Notes under the pieces: model-generated
The model's database searches: none
What the model was told of the DNA's origin: nothing
Seen by the model: the letters and a program-made list of their open reading frames with translations, nothing else
Program-made: the position numbers and the translations under genes
Shown: one piece after another, positions 27,801-40,700 of the stretch
How the letters are laid out: each line of letters begins with the position of its first letter
Numbering within the stretch: position 1 is the stretch's first letter
Source: Paragordius varius
Taxonomy: Eukaryota > Animalia > Nematomorpha
Direction: 5' to 3'
Length of the DNA stretch: 64,000 nt
Assembly: GCA_964247055.1 (NCBI GenBank)
Contig: OZ176059.1
Span: 372,001-436,000, forward strand

Positions 27801-30320
27801 ATAGTTTAGTGTATGGTAGAAAATTTGTAATAACTGATCAATTGCCACTAGTAAAGTTAAATCATAGAGATCGAAACTTAATAGAAATACAGAATTCTAA
27901 AGTGCTAAGGTGGATTAATAAAATAAATGAATACGATTTTGAAATAAGTCATTAAAAGGGGGCTCAAAATAGAGCTGATTATTTATCGAGATAACCGATT
28001 GACGAGATCGATGTCTATGATGAAGATTATGCGACTACCAGATACCTGAGATTTTTGAATTGTCATTACATGCGGTTAAGCAGAGATGAAATTCGAAAAA
28101 AAACCGCGTTAGATCCGGTATTACAAAAAGTAGTTAAAGCTTTAAACAACCATGACTGGAGTTCTCCAGAATTGGAGAAGTTTGTAAACCGTAAAGACGG
28201 GTTGGCATATCAATATGGCTTATTAAGTTTAAATGATCGGATTATAATTCCGAAGCCCCTCCAAAAGGAGGTGGTGAGATACCTACACAGCGGTCATAAC
28301 AACGGAGAGACCATGAAAGCGATGACAAGATTTACGTGTTATTGGCACGTAGTAGGCCTAACGTAACTCAGAATTCCACTTATCAGTGGGATCATATAGG
28401 TGTGTGGGAGCGTTTGCATATTCATATAGCCGGACCGGTAGACGGTTACTATTGGTTGTTGATAACTGATAGTGCCTCTAAATGGGCAGAAGGGTTTACA
28501 TAAAAGTAACCGCAGCAAATATAATCCATAAAGTAGAAGAAACGTTTGCAAGGTTTCGTTTTTCAGTTTTAACATTGAGTACTTTGCGTCAAACCTAAGT
28601 AAGTTAGTGGTTAAACATATTAAGTTACCCCCTATTATCTAAGAGTAATGGATTGATACAAAGGTTAGTGGGTACGATAAAAAATAAATACAAATAAAAA
28701 ATAATGCGATATCCACAAACAAAGCGTTTAATAATAGCCTATGGGCGTATAGAATCTCTATACACACCACAACTAAAGAACCGGCTCAATTGATATTTAA
28801 GCACACACCTCATACCCCCTTAACCTGGTTAAATATTAGGGCAAGATTGTTGGATTCACCCCGACATCATCAGTTTGCGATTAATGAAGCAGTAATGATT
28901 AAAAATGAAGTAAGTCCAGGTTGGCACGCAGGAGAGATCACGGACCGTACAGGGTTATTGTCATACAAGGTGTGGGACATAGACTGAGAGCTGTTAGGAA
29001 AACACGCCGATCGAATAATATACCAGCCACAACAACAAACTACCATTTTCAGCAACACAAGTGATGAGGACGTAAGCACTGTCAGGAATGATATTACACA
29101 TGCCGAATCTCAACCAAACAGCACGATCAACCCAAGTGACGAAACCGAACCCAATTAATAATAATACCCACCCATGAACCTACGACAACCAGCTCCCCCA
29201 CAAAAATACAGGAAACACTGTATCAGATGAGAATTCGTCAGAAACCCGTCCGCTTTCGTTACAAGGGGTTAGTGATGTTAGAGTTTTGTAACATACATCG
29301 CATTTGAATGAACATGTTATATATTATTATATTAACCTCGCAACCATGTTTTAGTATTATTATATTATTGAATAACCTGTAAAATTGCAGGCACTTTACC
29401 TTAAATTTGAATATAATTTATATACAATAAACGTCTGAACATTAATTGAGCTGGGGTTTCTTTAATTGAAGAATATAAATTATTTTCGACACGTGAATAG
29501 TATAAAAATATGGTAATTTATTTAAAACGTATCATAGGATTAGAGTTTCTATACGCCCATAGGCTACTATTAAACGCTTCGTTTGATTCTCTTGCATTTA
29601 TTTTTTATCGTACCCATTAACCTTTCTACCATCCCATTACACTTAGGATGGTAGGGAGTAACCTTAATATGTTTCACTCCTAACTTACTTAAGCTTGACG
29701 TAAAGTAGTACTCATTGTTAAAGTACGATGCGTTATCGCTAACTATCTCTCTAGCAAAACCAAACTTTCAACCGTTTTTACTATATCGGCTGGTTGTTTT
29801 AGGTTTCTGAGTAGTAATATTGTTTATGCTTGAGGTGCTCTGGGTAATCGGTTGGGTTTCATCACTTGGGTTGATCGTGCTGTTTGGTTGAGATTCGGCA
29901 ATTGTAAAAATTACAATTTAAATTTTATAATATCGCGTGAAAAACTTAAAATTTTTTCTTGGCTATTATTTCTTAAATGTTAAGGTTTATTAAAAGATGT
30001 AGTTTTATGGATATAATGGTTTAATAAGACGATTTTATTAAAGATGAAACTAGGTTTATTAGTATAAGGTGGGGAGGGCGGGACATTTATGTATATAACT
30101 TTAGTTAGTGAAAAAGTTACGAATTTATATACAGTATTGAAATTACACACGGACAAAACGTAAAAAAAGGACAAAAAATTTTTTATCCTAATAACAACCG
30201 TACTTTGCTTAATTCCTAATTTATTCCTATTAAAATCATTTAATTACAATCATTAAATACATAATGAATTGTGTTATCAATAAACATATCTAATTCATTA
30301 TTTTGCAATTCAAACAATGA

Positions 30321-30363
<43 letters not shown>

Positions 30364-30528
30364 CTATATAAAAAGTATGGTTGTACCTTTTAGTAGAAAA
30401 TATTTGTCTTTACATTTTTACATTTTGTCCATATAGTATAATTTTCAATTTTTACTGTATCTCCATAGCAATAATAAACTAATCTTTTATTTTTTACGTC
30501 TTGTCGGTATAATTTCAATTTTTACTGC

Positions 30529-30567
<39 letters not shown>

Positions 30568-32555
30568 AATTTGATTACAGAAAATTTTAGAAATTTTAGT
30601 TGCCTATTACACACAAAAATGCAAGAATAGCCAACAAAATTTGAATGTTTCAATTAAACAAGAAAGCCTACAGACTAGCTATGTTAAAACCTATCTTCAC
30701 ACTCAAATCATGGATTCTATGGAAAATATTAGACGTATTGGTAATTTTTTATATGAATCATATATTATATAGTGGTTTTTTTAGATTTTAGACAATTAAA
30801 AATAGTTAATTTATTTTACTTCATTTAATAAATAAATACTAAAACTTTTACATGAATTTTATATGTTTTACCAAAAAGCCTTTTTTTAAAAAAAACCATT
30901 CCACTAGTTATTAGGCAAATAATCCAAACGATATGATTTTAACCCTTGATTTTTTGCGTACAACATCCTTGGCAAAGTTTATTCCCCATTTTTATACAAA
31001 CGTTTATTTTTTGTTTCGAAAATATCTTTAATATCTTTTTAGTTAGATTTTGTTTTATTCCATGTAATACCATTTACAATTCAAATTTACCTTTAAACAA
31101 TTAAATTCACCCTCAAATAAAATATGTTTTTCAAGATAAAAATTGTCTATTTTTATATATGTTTTAACAAAATTTTGTTTTAAATTAAAATAATCTGAAA
31201 AAATAATTATTGGTGTCATAAAGATATATTTCATATTTTTAAAGGACTTATATTAGTTCGAAAACATATAATTTATTTTTAGGGTGAATTTGAACTGATT
31301 AAGGGTGATGAATTGTTCGAGGGTGGTTTAAGGTGATTTTTAACTGTAAATGGTGTTATATATATCTTATCATTAAATTGAAGTTTTACGGACAAAACGT
31401 AACAATATTAAAGCTAAATATTTGTAAAGATAACCATCATACTTTTTTTAAACCTTAATCTTTCCTATATAAATTATTCAATTACAATTATATAATTATT
31501 TGTGTTAGCAATATTCATTTCCATTTTCATAATTTGCAATTTAAGCGCCAATGAGTTACAAGTAAAATAAATTTAGGTTGTTTAATAAAGTGTCGGCTTG
31601 TCTTTTATAAAATATTTTTTTTATATTTTTATGTTGTGGTGTCCGTATAAATTTTATTAATTTTGTTCAATCCACCCATAACAAATTTAAATATTTTAAT
31701 AGTTTAGATTTACCTCAAAAAAACACGGGAAAAAATATAATATTTTAAATTGATTAACACTATTTTTTTTGGAATTATGAATATCCTTATGTCATCATAT
31801 GTCATATGAACCATTTACAGTTCAAATTCACCCTCGAACAATTCAAATTCACCCCAAAAATAAATTATGCGTTTTCGAACTAATATAACTCATTATTAAT
31901 ATAAAATATATATTTATGGCATAATTAATTATTTTTTTCAGTATTATTTAATTTAAAACATAATTTTATTTTTTATAAAATATATTAAAATATAGGTATT
32001 TTTTAATCTTAAAAAACATGTTATTAATTTGAGGGTGAATTTGAATTGTTCGAGGGTGAATTTGAATTGTTCAAGGGTGAATTTGAATTGTTTAAGGGTG
32101 AAATTGAATTGTAAATGGTATATATAGTATATAAATTCCTTCTTGAACAATTCAAATTCACCCTAAAAATAAAATATGTATTTTCTAACCAATATAACTA
32201 ACTCATTATTAATATAAAATATATCTTTATGGCATAGTTTATTATTTTTTCAGTAGTTTTTTAATTTAAAACAAAATTTTATTTTTTTAAATGTATATTA
32301 AAACATGGGTAATTTTTAATCTAAAAAACATGGAATTTATTTGAGGGTGAATTTGAATCTTAAATGGTTATTATATGGGTGTTTGTTTTGAAGGTGAAAT
32401 TATGTGGCATTTAAGTACATACCTTGAAGCACATATTATTAACCTTGACTGGTTAAATGATACACCGAATGGTATAAAAAATAATGAACAACAATCATCC
32501 ATTAATAAAAATGATCGTATTATATTACCACCACAAACCAAGGAAGAATTTCAAG

Positions 32556-32598
<43 letters not shown>

Positions 32599-32924
32599 AT
32601 TTTTTTATTACAATTTTCATCATTTCAAAAAAACAGTAAAAATCGATATTTACGGACAAAACATTAAAATATACAGATGAAAAATATTTTTTTTGATTAA
32701 AATACAACCATACTTTTTAAATCTTGAATTTTTAAATATAACTCATTGTTTTAAACTTCAATGTATAAATTTGAATTGTATAATGGTAAAACAATCAATT
32801 ACATATTTTACGATAGTAATTGAGTGTAATTTTAATAGATTAAGGTTTAAAAAGTATGATTGCCTTTTGGGAAAAAAATTTGTCTTTATATTTTTTCATT
32901 TTGTCCGTATAAAGTCAATTTTTA

Positions 32925-32967
<43 letters not shown>

Positions 32968-35948
32968 TAATAAATTTTACAAAAATTCAATCCAATAAAA
33001 AATAATTTAATTTAATTATTATCTCATTCTACCGGGGTTGCTATATTACCCCTTTGTGGAAGGGGTGGGTATTGTCAACTTTAAACGATATATACCCTTT
33101 GAAAAAAAAATTATAAAAATACACATGTGAATCAATGCGATATTTATTTTTAAAAAAGCTCTAATTATAAGCAGGTAGGGACGGGGGACCGGCACTTTAT
33201 TTATAATGTCTATCTTTATTGTTTCTATTTGTCTTGATCGGACGTGTCTTAAAAACAAATGACTTATTGCCCCGTGTTCGAAATTTAAAAAACCCCCTGC
33301 CTTCCCGCATTCTAAATATGTATATATATATATATATACCATTTACAATTCAAATTCACCCTTGAACAATTCAATTCACCCTCAAATATGTTTTGTAAGA
33401 TTAAAAATTATCTATATTTTTATATATTTTAAAAAATAAATATTTTGTTTTAAATTAAAAAATACTGAAAAAATAATAAACTATGCCATAAAGATGTATT
33501 TCATATTAATAATGAGTTAGATTACTTTGAAAACGCATAATTTTTTAAGGTGAATTTGAATTGTAAATTATATATATATATAGACATAAGCATCCATAAT
33601 TTTATGAGATTTCATACAAAAGACTGTATAAAATACAAGCACAACAAAAAATATATATCAATGTAATTTCATACCACTAAGGGTAGACATATTCAGTAAG
33701 CTTGTTTTTCACGAAATATCAAATCTATTTTACTAAGATTTTATGAGCATATTCCTTACTAATTAGGAATTGCCAAATTTTTCAAGCATTTCGCATACAT
33801 ACACCCCTGGTCTTAACTAAAGTCTATGTATTATCAGTTTTATTTCAATACATTTTAAAATGTTTATAATATACAAATTAATCCTTCCTTGTTTCACCAT
33901 ACATTATTTTTAAGCATTCACTTCTTGATTTAATAGTAACGACGTAACTCTAAAATAGCACAAAATTTATTTTATAAAATTGGAATAAATATACGAATAT
34001 TCTGGTATATATTTTCAATATTATACCTATTATATCATTATCACCATGAACGGAAAAAATAGCAAAATTAAATCAACCCCCTTTCCCTACCAAAAAAGTG
34101 GTCGGATAGTGTACTTTAAAGAATTGAATTTAAATTCAATTATTAGATTATACCATTAACACTTTAACTTCACCCTTGAACGATTCAAATTCACCCTAAA
34201 AATAAATTTTTGTGTGTTTTCGAGTGGCTAATATAACTAACTCATCATCATTAATATTAGGAAATCATAGTCTATTATTTTTTCATTAGTATTAATTATG
34301 TTACTATTAAACGATATTCCTTTAAAATAGGTATAATTTATTATGCCAAAACATACATGTAACGCAAATGTTCATGTCATATCCTCTATTTTGGTTGGAA
34401 ATGCTTGATTTAAGTCCTACATACGCAAGGAATAAGTTTTTTCTACATGGGTCAGCTAACATTGAAGTAGTTATTTCCTAAGCCTCCTTTTTTGTGTGTC
34501 TTTCAACTGATTTTAAGACAAGTTTACGCTTTTAAAGCAATCATTTGGGTACTGATATTTTGCAGGAGTCATATATATTTCAATCGAATAATCTATCTAT
34601 CTATCATATTTGTTGATTGCAAGCAACAATTTCAATTTTATGTCAATTATGTCGTTTTATGATTGGTCCATACTCTCTAACAAAGGAAATATCAGCTTAT
34701 CTTGTAGAATAGAAAATATAAAAAGTTCCAAAATCAGTATTAACGAATAAATTTTAAACACAATACTTAAAGCACGTGATGAATCGTATATTAATCGCTA
34801 AAAACATTACACCAAATGATGAATTATTTTAAAAAAACTTATTCCTTGCATATGCAGGACTCAGGACAATCTTGAAACTGGAAAATTAAGCATTCACAAC
34901 CAAAATAGAGGATATGACAAAACACATAATTTATTTTAGAGTGATTTGAATTATTTGAGGGTGAATTAATGATATATATATAATATAACATAACATAGCT
35001 TAAAAGTTGTCATTATAGATTAACTATATTACATTATATAGAAATTTATATTTTATTATCATTATATTCTTTGATAAATTTGTTAAATGGGAACATGTGT
35101 TATCGTAAAACATGATGTTGTATTCAACAAATGAAAAAATTGTATTTAATCTTATTAGCCATTTTTTGTCAGGATAAACTTTTATACTTAAACAACTGTA
35201 TTCGAATAATTCACAGTGTTTTAACTAATTTTTATGGCCTAGTTTAAGAATATACCCTATTGGTGTTTTAACACTATTTTTCTCACTATAAGGTATAAAA
35301 TCGATATGAAATAAGATTAGATTTTTTATAGTTTATATCATTCGAGGTATCCAACTCCGATGCCCTCAGACTTTAAGTGTGGCCCGCGAAAAATTCGCGA
35401 ATCTCTAATAATTTGCAAAAACGGGCTCCTATAAAATAAAATTTAAGTAAAAATAATATTTTTCAGACAATTTTTCTAAATTAATCAACTACTTTATCCA
35501 ATTGGCATGAACTAAAAAAAGTAAATATATTATATTACATTTGCTTTTTACAGTCTCATGTGTGAAAACTAATAAATTTTATATGATAAATGCTCATATA
35601 CAGAATATGCATTTTAATGGTTACTTATTTTACACTATAGTAGGACGGTTAATTTTCAACACAGTAGTGTATGGAAAAAGAGAAAGGAGGGAAATAATAA
35701 TTGTGTTTTTAACATTTTTTGTTGTTTTTCCATACACTACTGTCCATGTGTTTCAAATTGCCCTATTCTATAGTGTTGGGAAATAGGCAAACCCATAAAA
35801 TGCATAATGTATTTTCTTTCATATTTAAAATTACGGCCGCGAACCCTTTAGAGTAAAATTAGCCAGCTTATAATACACAACTAATTTATAATTGATATTT
35901 ATTCAGTTACATATAAATACAATTAAACTTACTCTCTTTTTCAACCAG

Positions 35949-35980
<32 letters not shown>

Positions 35981-36784
35981 CATTTACAATTAAAATTCAC
36001 CCTTAAACAATTCGAATGAATACACCCTTGAATAATTCAAATTCACCCTAAAAATAAATTAGTTTTTGGGCTAATATAACTCATCATTAATATGAAATAA
36101 TCTATTATTTTTTCAGCATTATATTAATTTTAAACAGAATTTGATTTAAAATAAAGGTTATTTTTAATGCAGAAAAACACATAATTTATTTTTGGGGTGA
36201 ATTTGAATTGTATGAGGGTGAATTTGAACTGTAAATGGAATATATATATATTTTAGAGTTTTGAAACAATGTATGATAGCAATTGAAAGTACGGAATTAT
36301 TTGATGATACCATTAATAGCAATACCCAAGATATGGATAATTCAAAATTGTTTAACATTTGTAAAATGTTACTTGCTTCGCATATCAATGTTATCGATAT
36401 TGATAATAACCAAGCAATAAATATCCAAGATGGAGAACACAGTTAATTTTTTATTTTTTAAACGGTACAAATTGAAATTAAACTACGGACAAAAAACGTA
36501 AAAATAGAAACACAAAATTTGATTTTAAAAGACAACCAACCATACTTTTTAAATTTTGGTTTTTTCCAGATATAACTCATTGTTTTAGATTGTAAAGTAT
36601 AATGTAGAGATGGTATATTGGTAACACTAACAATAAAATATTTTACAATTGTAATTGGATAATTTACTTAAGAAAATTTAAAGGTTTAAAAACAGCAAGT
36701 ATGTGGTGCTCTTTTGAAAAAAATTAGTATTTGCCCTTATATTTTTACGTTTTGTCCGTAGTATAATTTCTATTTTAAATATCA

Positions 36785-36820
<36 letters not shown>

Positions 36821-37669
36821 TTTTACAATAAAAATTAGTATTACTCTCATAATAATAGTAGATAATTAAAATAGATAATATATATGAAATGATTCAATTT
36901 TAGTGTATTCTATTGTTGATTAACTATTATCCCACAATCTACTAAGTAAGCTTGTAAAGATCTGTTCTCATAATTGAATCTATGTGATTAAAACTCAAAA
37001 AATGATTTTATAATACTTTTAAATACTTTATAGAAGGTATAGAAGTTTTAAAATCATCTAGCATTAATATTAATATACAGTAAAAACTGAAATTATACTG
37101 CGGAGAAAACGTAAAAATATAAAGACAAACATTTGATTTCAAAAGCCAACCAACCATACTTTTTTAATCTTGATTTTTTGCAATATAAAAACCATTGCTG
37201 TTAATTACAAAATATGAAATAGAGGAGGCGTATATTAGTAACGCAATTAATCAAATCGTTTTAAACAATAAAATTATGGTTTAAGAAAGCATGGGGGTTA
37301 TTTTTTGATAATACATGTTGTTTGTCTTTATATTTTAACGTTTTGTCCGTATAATTTTTCTATTTTTACTGTATTTATTAATTTATAAATTTAGATGTTA
37401 ATACCCTTGATTCATCAAACCACAAACACCCATACTACACTAATTTGTCTTATGATGGTACCTGGTTTGAATATTTGAATAATTTGTTTGGATTTTTGCA
37501 GTGGACACCCGCAAAAATATATGATGAATATATGGTAAATCAAATTTTTTACAAAATTAGCTTTTAATGCCATATTTAATGGTTTACTATCAATTATTAA
37601 TTTTAACAAAATCTATACTATAGCAACTTTCTATTTTTTATTGGGATTTATACTAGGTAAATTTCTGAA

Positions 37670-37717
<48 letters not shown>

Positions 37718-40700
37718 CAATATAGTTCCCCTCTATTGTAGAGTCCATTTTTCAAGCAAACGCAACATTTTTTAAACAAGCGCAACATTTTATCAGATAC
37801 CCGCTTTAATAATGTTGTCTTTGCTTGAAAAAATGTTGTCTTTCCTTGAAAAATGTTGCTTTTGATAAAGATAGTATAAATACATATAAGGTTTATCAAT
37901 GTCCGTATCATGACGCCTCTTTTTTGTAAACTTAAAATTTTGTTAACTAAATATATACTCCATTTTTTAGGATGATAAAAGAATTTTGTTGACTATTGTC
38001 GGTAAGTTGGCAAAGATATCTGCATAAGCTATTTAGTCATTGTGTTATACCATTTTAAGTGGGTGATATCCACTCTATATATATATATATATATATTTAT
38101 GTATTAATGTATGTATTTCTTATACAACCAAACGAGGGTAAATTAATATAATTTTTCAATTTCTATTTGACTGTACATTTAGAAACATTTTTCACCCCTA
38201 ATTTCAATGGTCCTTCAAGATCAACAATATCTTTTCCAGTATCCTGTTAGACAATGGTTATGTGTTTTAGCACCTCAAACATACCATATAGATTTAACTG
38301 TTGATAAAAACAACAGTAATAGTATAACTCACTCTAATGGCATGGAAAAACATTTAATGCACAGCAATAATTCAATTGGTGTCCCATTACCCTCTGAATA
38401 TATGACAGAGGTTTGGGTTTGTGTTGACTATTTTTTTTTTAAATTCACCCTTGAACAATTCAAATTCACCCTTGAACAATTCAAATTCCCTCTAAAAATA
38501 AGTTATGTGTTTTCGGGCTGATATAACTCATCATCATTAATATGAAATATATCTTTATAGTATAGTTTAGTATTTTTTCATTATTATTTTAAAAGAAAAT
38601 TTCATTTTGTTTAAAAATATAAAAAAATATAGCTAATTTTTACATCTTAAAAACACATTTGAATTATTCAAGGGTGAATTTGAATTGTTCGAGGCTAAAT
38701 TAATTGTTCAAGGGTGAATTTGAGGTGTTAATGGTATATCTTTTTTAATGGACAATTTTTAAATAAATTTAGGAGTTGATACAATAGTAGTAAAATTTAA
38801 AAGTTGCATAAGATGACATGACTGACAATACTCATTTAGACCCTCATTTTTTCTTAACACTATATATATATGTGTGTGTGCTTAACCTGAATAACCACAA
38901 CTCAATGTATAATATATATATATATATATATACAATTTTTTATGAACGTAATTTACATGATATCAAATAAAACCAATACAGCTTAAAATCCATGACGGTA
39001 TATGCATAATACATACAAAGATATACGTGTAAACTAATAGATATGTTATTTGCATTATAATACAAAAATATAATTAAAAATTATAAATATACTATCCTCA
39101 CTACAACTTGTATCATACATATAAAAATGCAAATACAACTAATTTGAATAGGTAACATTACTACACTCTTAAGAGACTTTTGTATACATACAAAAGAAAG
39201 ATAATTAGTTTGAATAGGTAAAATTATGTGTTGGGTGTGTCGACACGTTTCATTTGATTGATCTATGCTTTCTCACGCCATCCGGACCATTACATGTTAA
39301 ACTGGTCTATATCTCACTGAAATATTATCGGTGCTGTTGAGAATTTGAAAGGTATCTCCTTTTGTAACGGAACCATCCTTTTTGCGTTGAAATCGTTAAA
39401 AGGTGTTTTGCGACTTTTTAGACATTGGCATTTGGAGGTAGGCGTCGTTCAGAGATCAATCTTATTGAAAGCTTGTCTTCGCCAATCTTACTTACCCAAT
39501 CATCAAACATTATATGATGTGAAAGTCCTCCGTCAGCCATTTGTTGATCATGATTCTAGAGTCGCTACAGATTCTTAGCTCTCCGTTCGCTTTCAGTACG
39601 TTGACAGTTGGCGTGGCCCATGTAAGTGGTGTGATATTGAAATCTATTGGTTTCCAAAATGTCTAATTTCTGCATATTCTTAGCAATTCTTTCTCCCCTT
39701 TTGGTTTTATGTAAAACGATACTCGTTGACATGGCCAAACCTTGGGTGATGCTATACATCATAACATAACTACATAACATTAGAGGCACCATCGAGATTC
39801 AAACTCGGACGATTGGATCTAGAGTCCAAGCTGCAACTAACATGACAATGCCTCACCTACATGTGCCTCGAAAAATATAATAATAATACGACTAATTATA
39901 ACAATGGCAATAATTTAAATTGATTACAGCACAATAATACTAATAATAAGGCCACGCGTTTACAGCAGCGAAACCTCTACCACATTCCTGCAATCGTTAG
40001 GGGAGAAGCCATAAACCATCCAAATGTCCTGCCTGGAACCGCAGTTGAATAAATGTGTAAAACCCAACCACTTCCCTAAAATGTGTAGATCAAAAAACGC
40101 TGCCAAGAATATGTTCAACCGCCAGATCCATAGAAAAGTAATGCCAATGTCGCCATGGACAGTAAAAAGGATGATAAACAATACAGAACGACAATTTATC
40201 TACGACACACAGGGGACGATATCAGTGTCATCAACTGTAAGGCATAAAAGCAAGTTTTTACAGTGAGCCGGTAAAAATTCATACGGCCTCCCTCAAGGTC
40301 TGGCCTTTTCAACGAGTGCCGTTTCACTTAATTGCAAAAGGGGAAAAGGATTGCCAAGACTGCAGAAATTAAACATTTTGGGAACCAATATAGTAGATCC
40401 CAATATCACACCGCTTACATGGGGGCCACGACAACCATTAACGTACTGAAAGTGAACGGAGAGCTAAGAATCTGTAGCGACCCTAGAATTGTGATAAACA
40501 AATGGCTGCGGAGGACTTCCACATCATACAATGTTTGATGATTGGGTAAGTAAGATTGGTGAAGGACAAACTTTCAATAAGATTGATATGTATAACGCCT
40601 ACCTTCAAATGCCAATGGCTAAAAAGTCGCAAAACACCTTTTAACAATTTCAACGCAAAAAGGATGTTTATGTTACAAAAGGAAATACCTTTCAGATTCT

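Noticed and set aside
31953-32150. FTLEQFK-repeat ORFs and similar tails on COG7 exon ORFs
   Set aside because: Translations of family B units; the real exons end at GT donors upstream of them.
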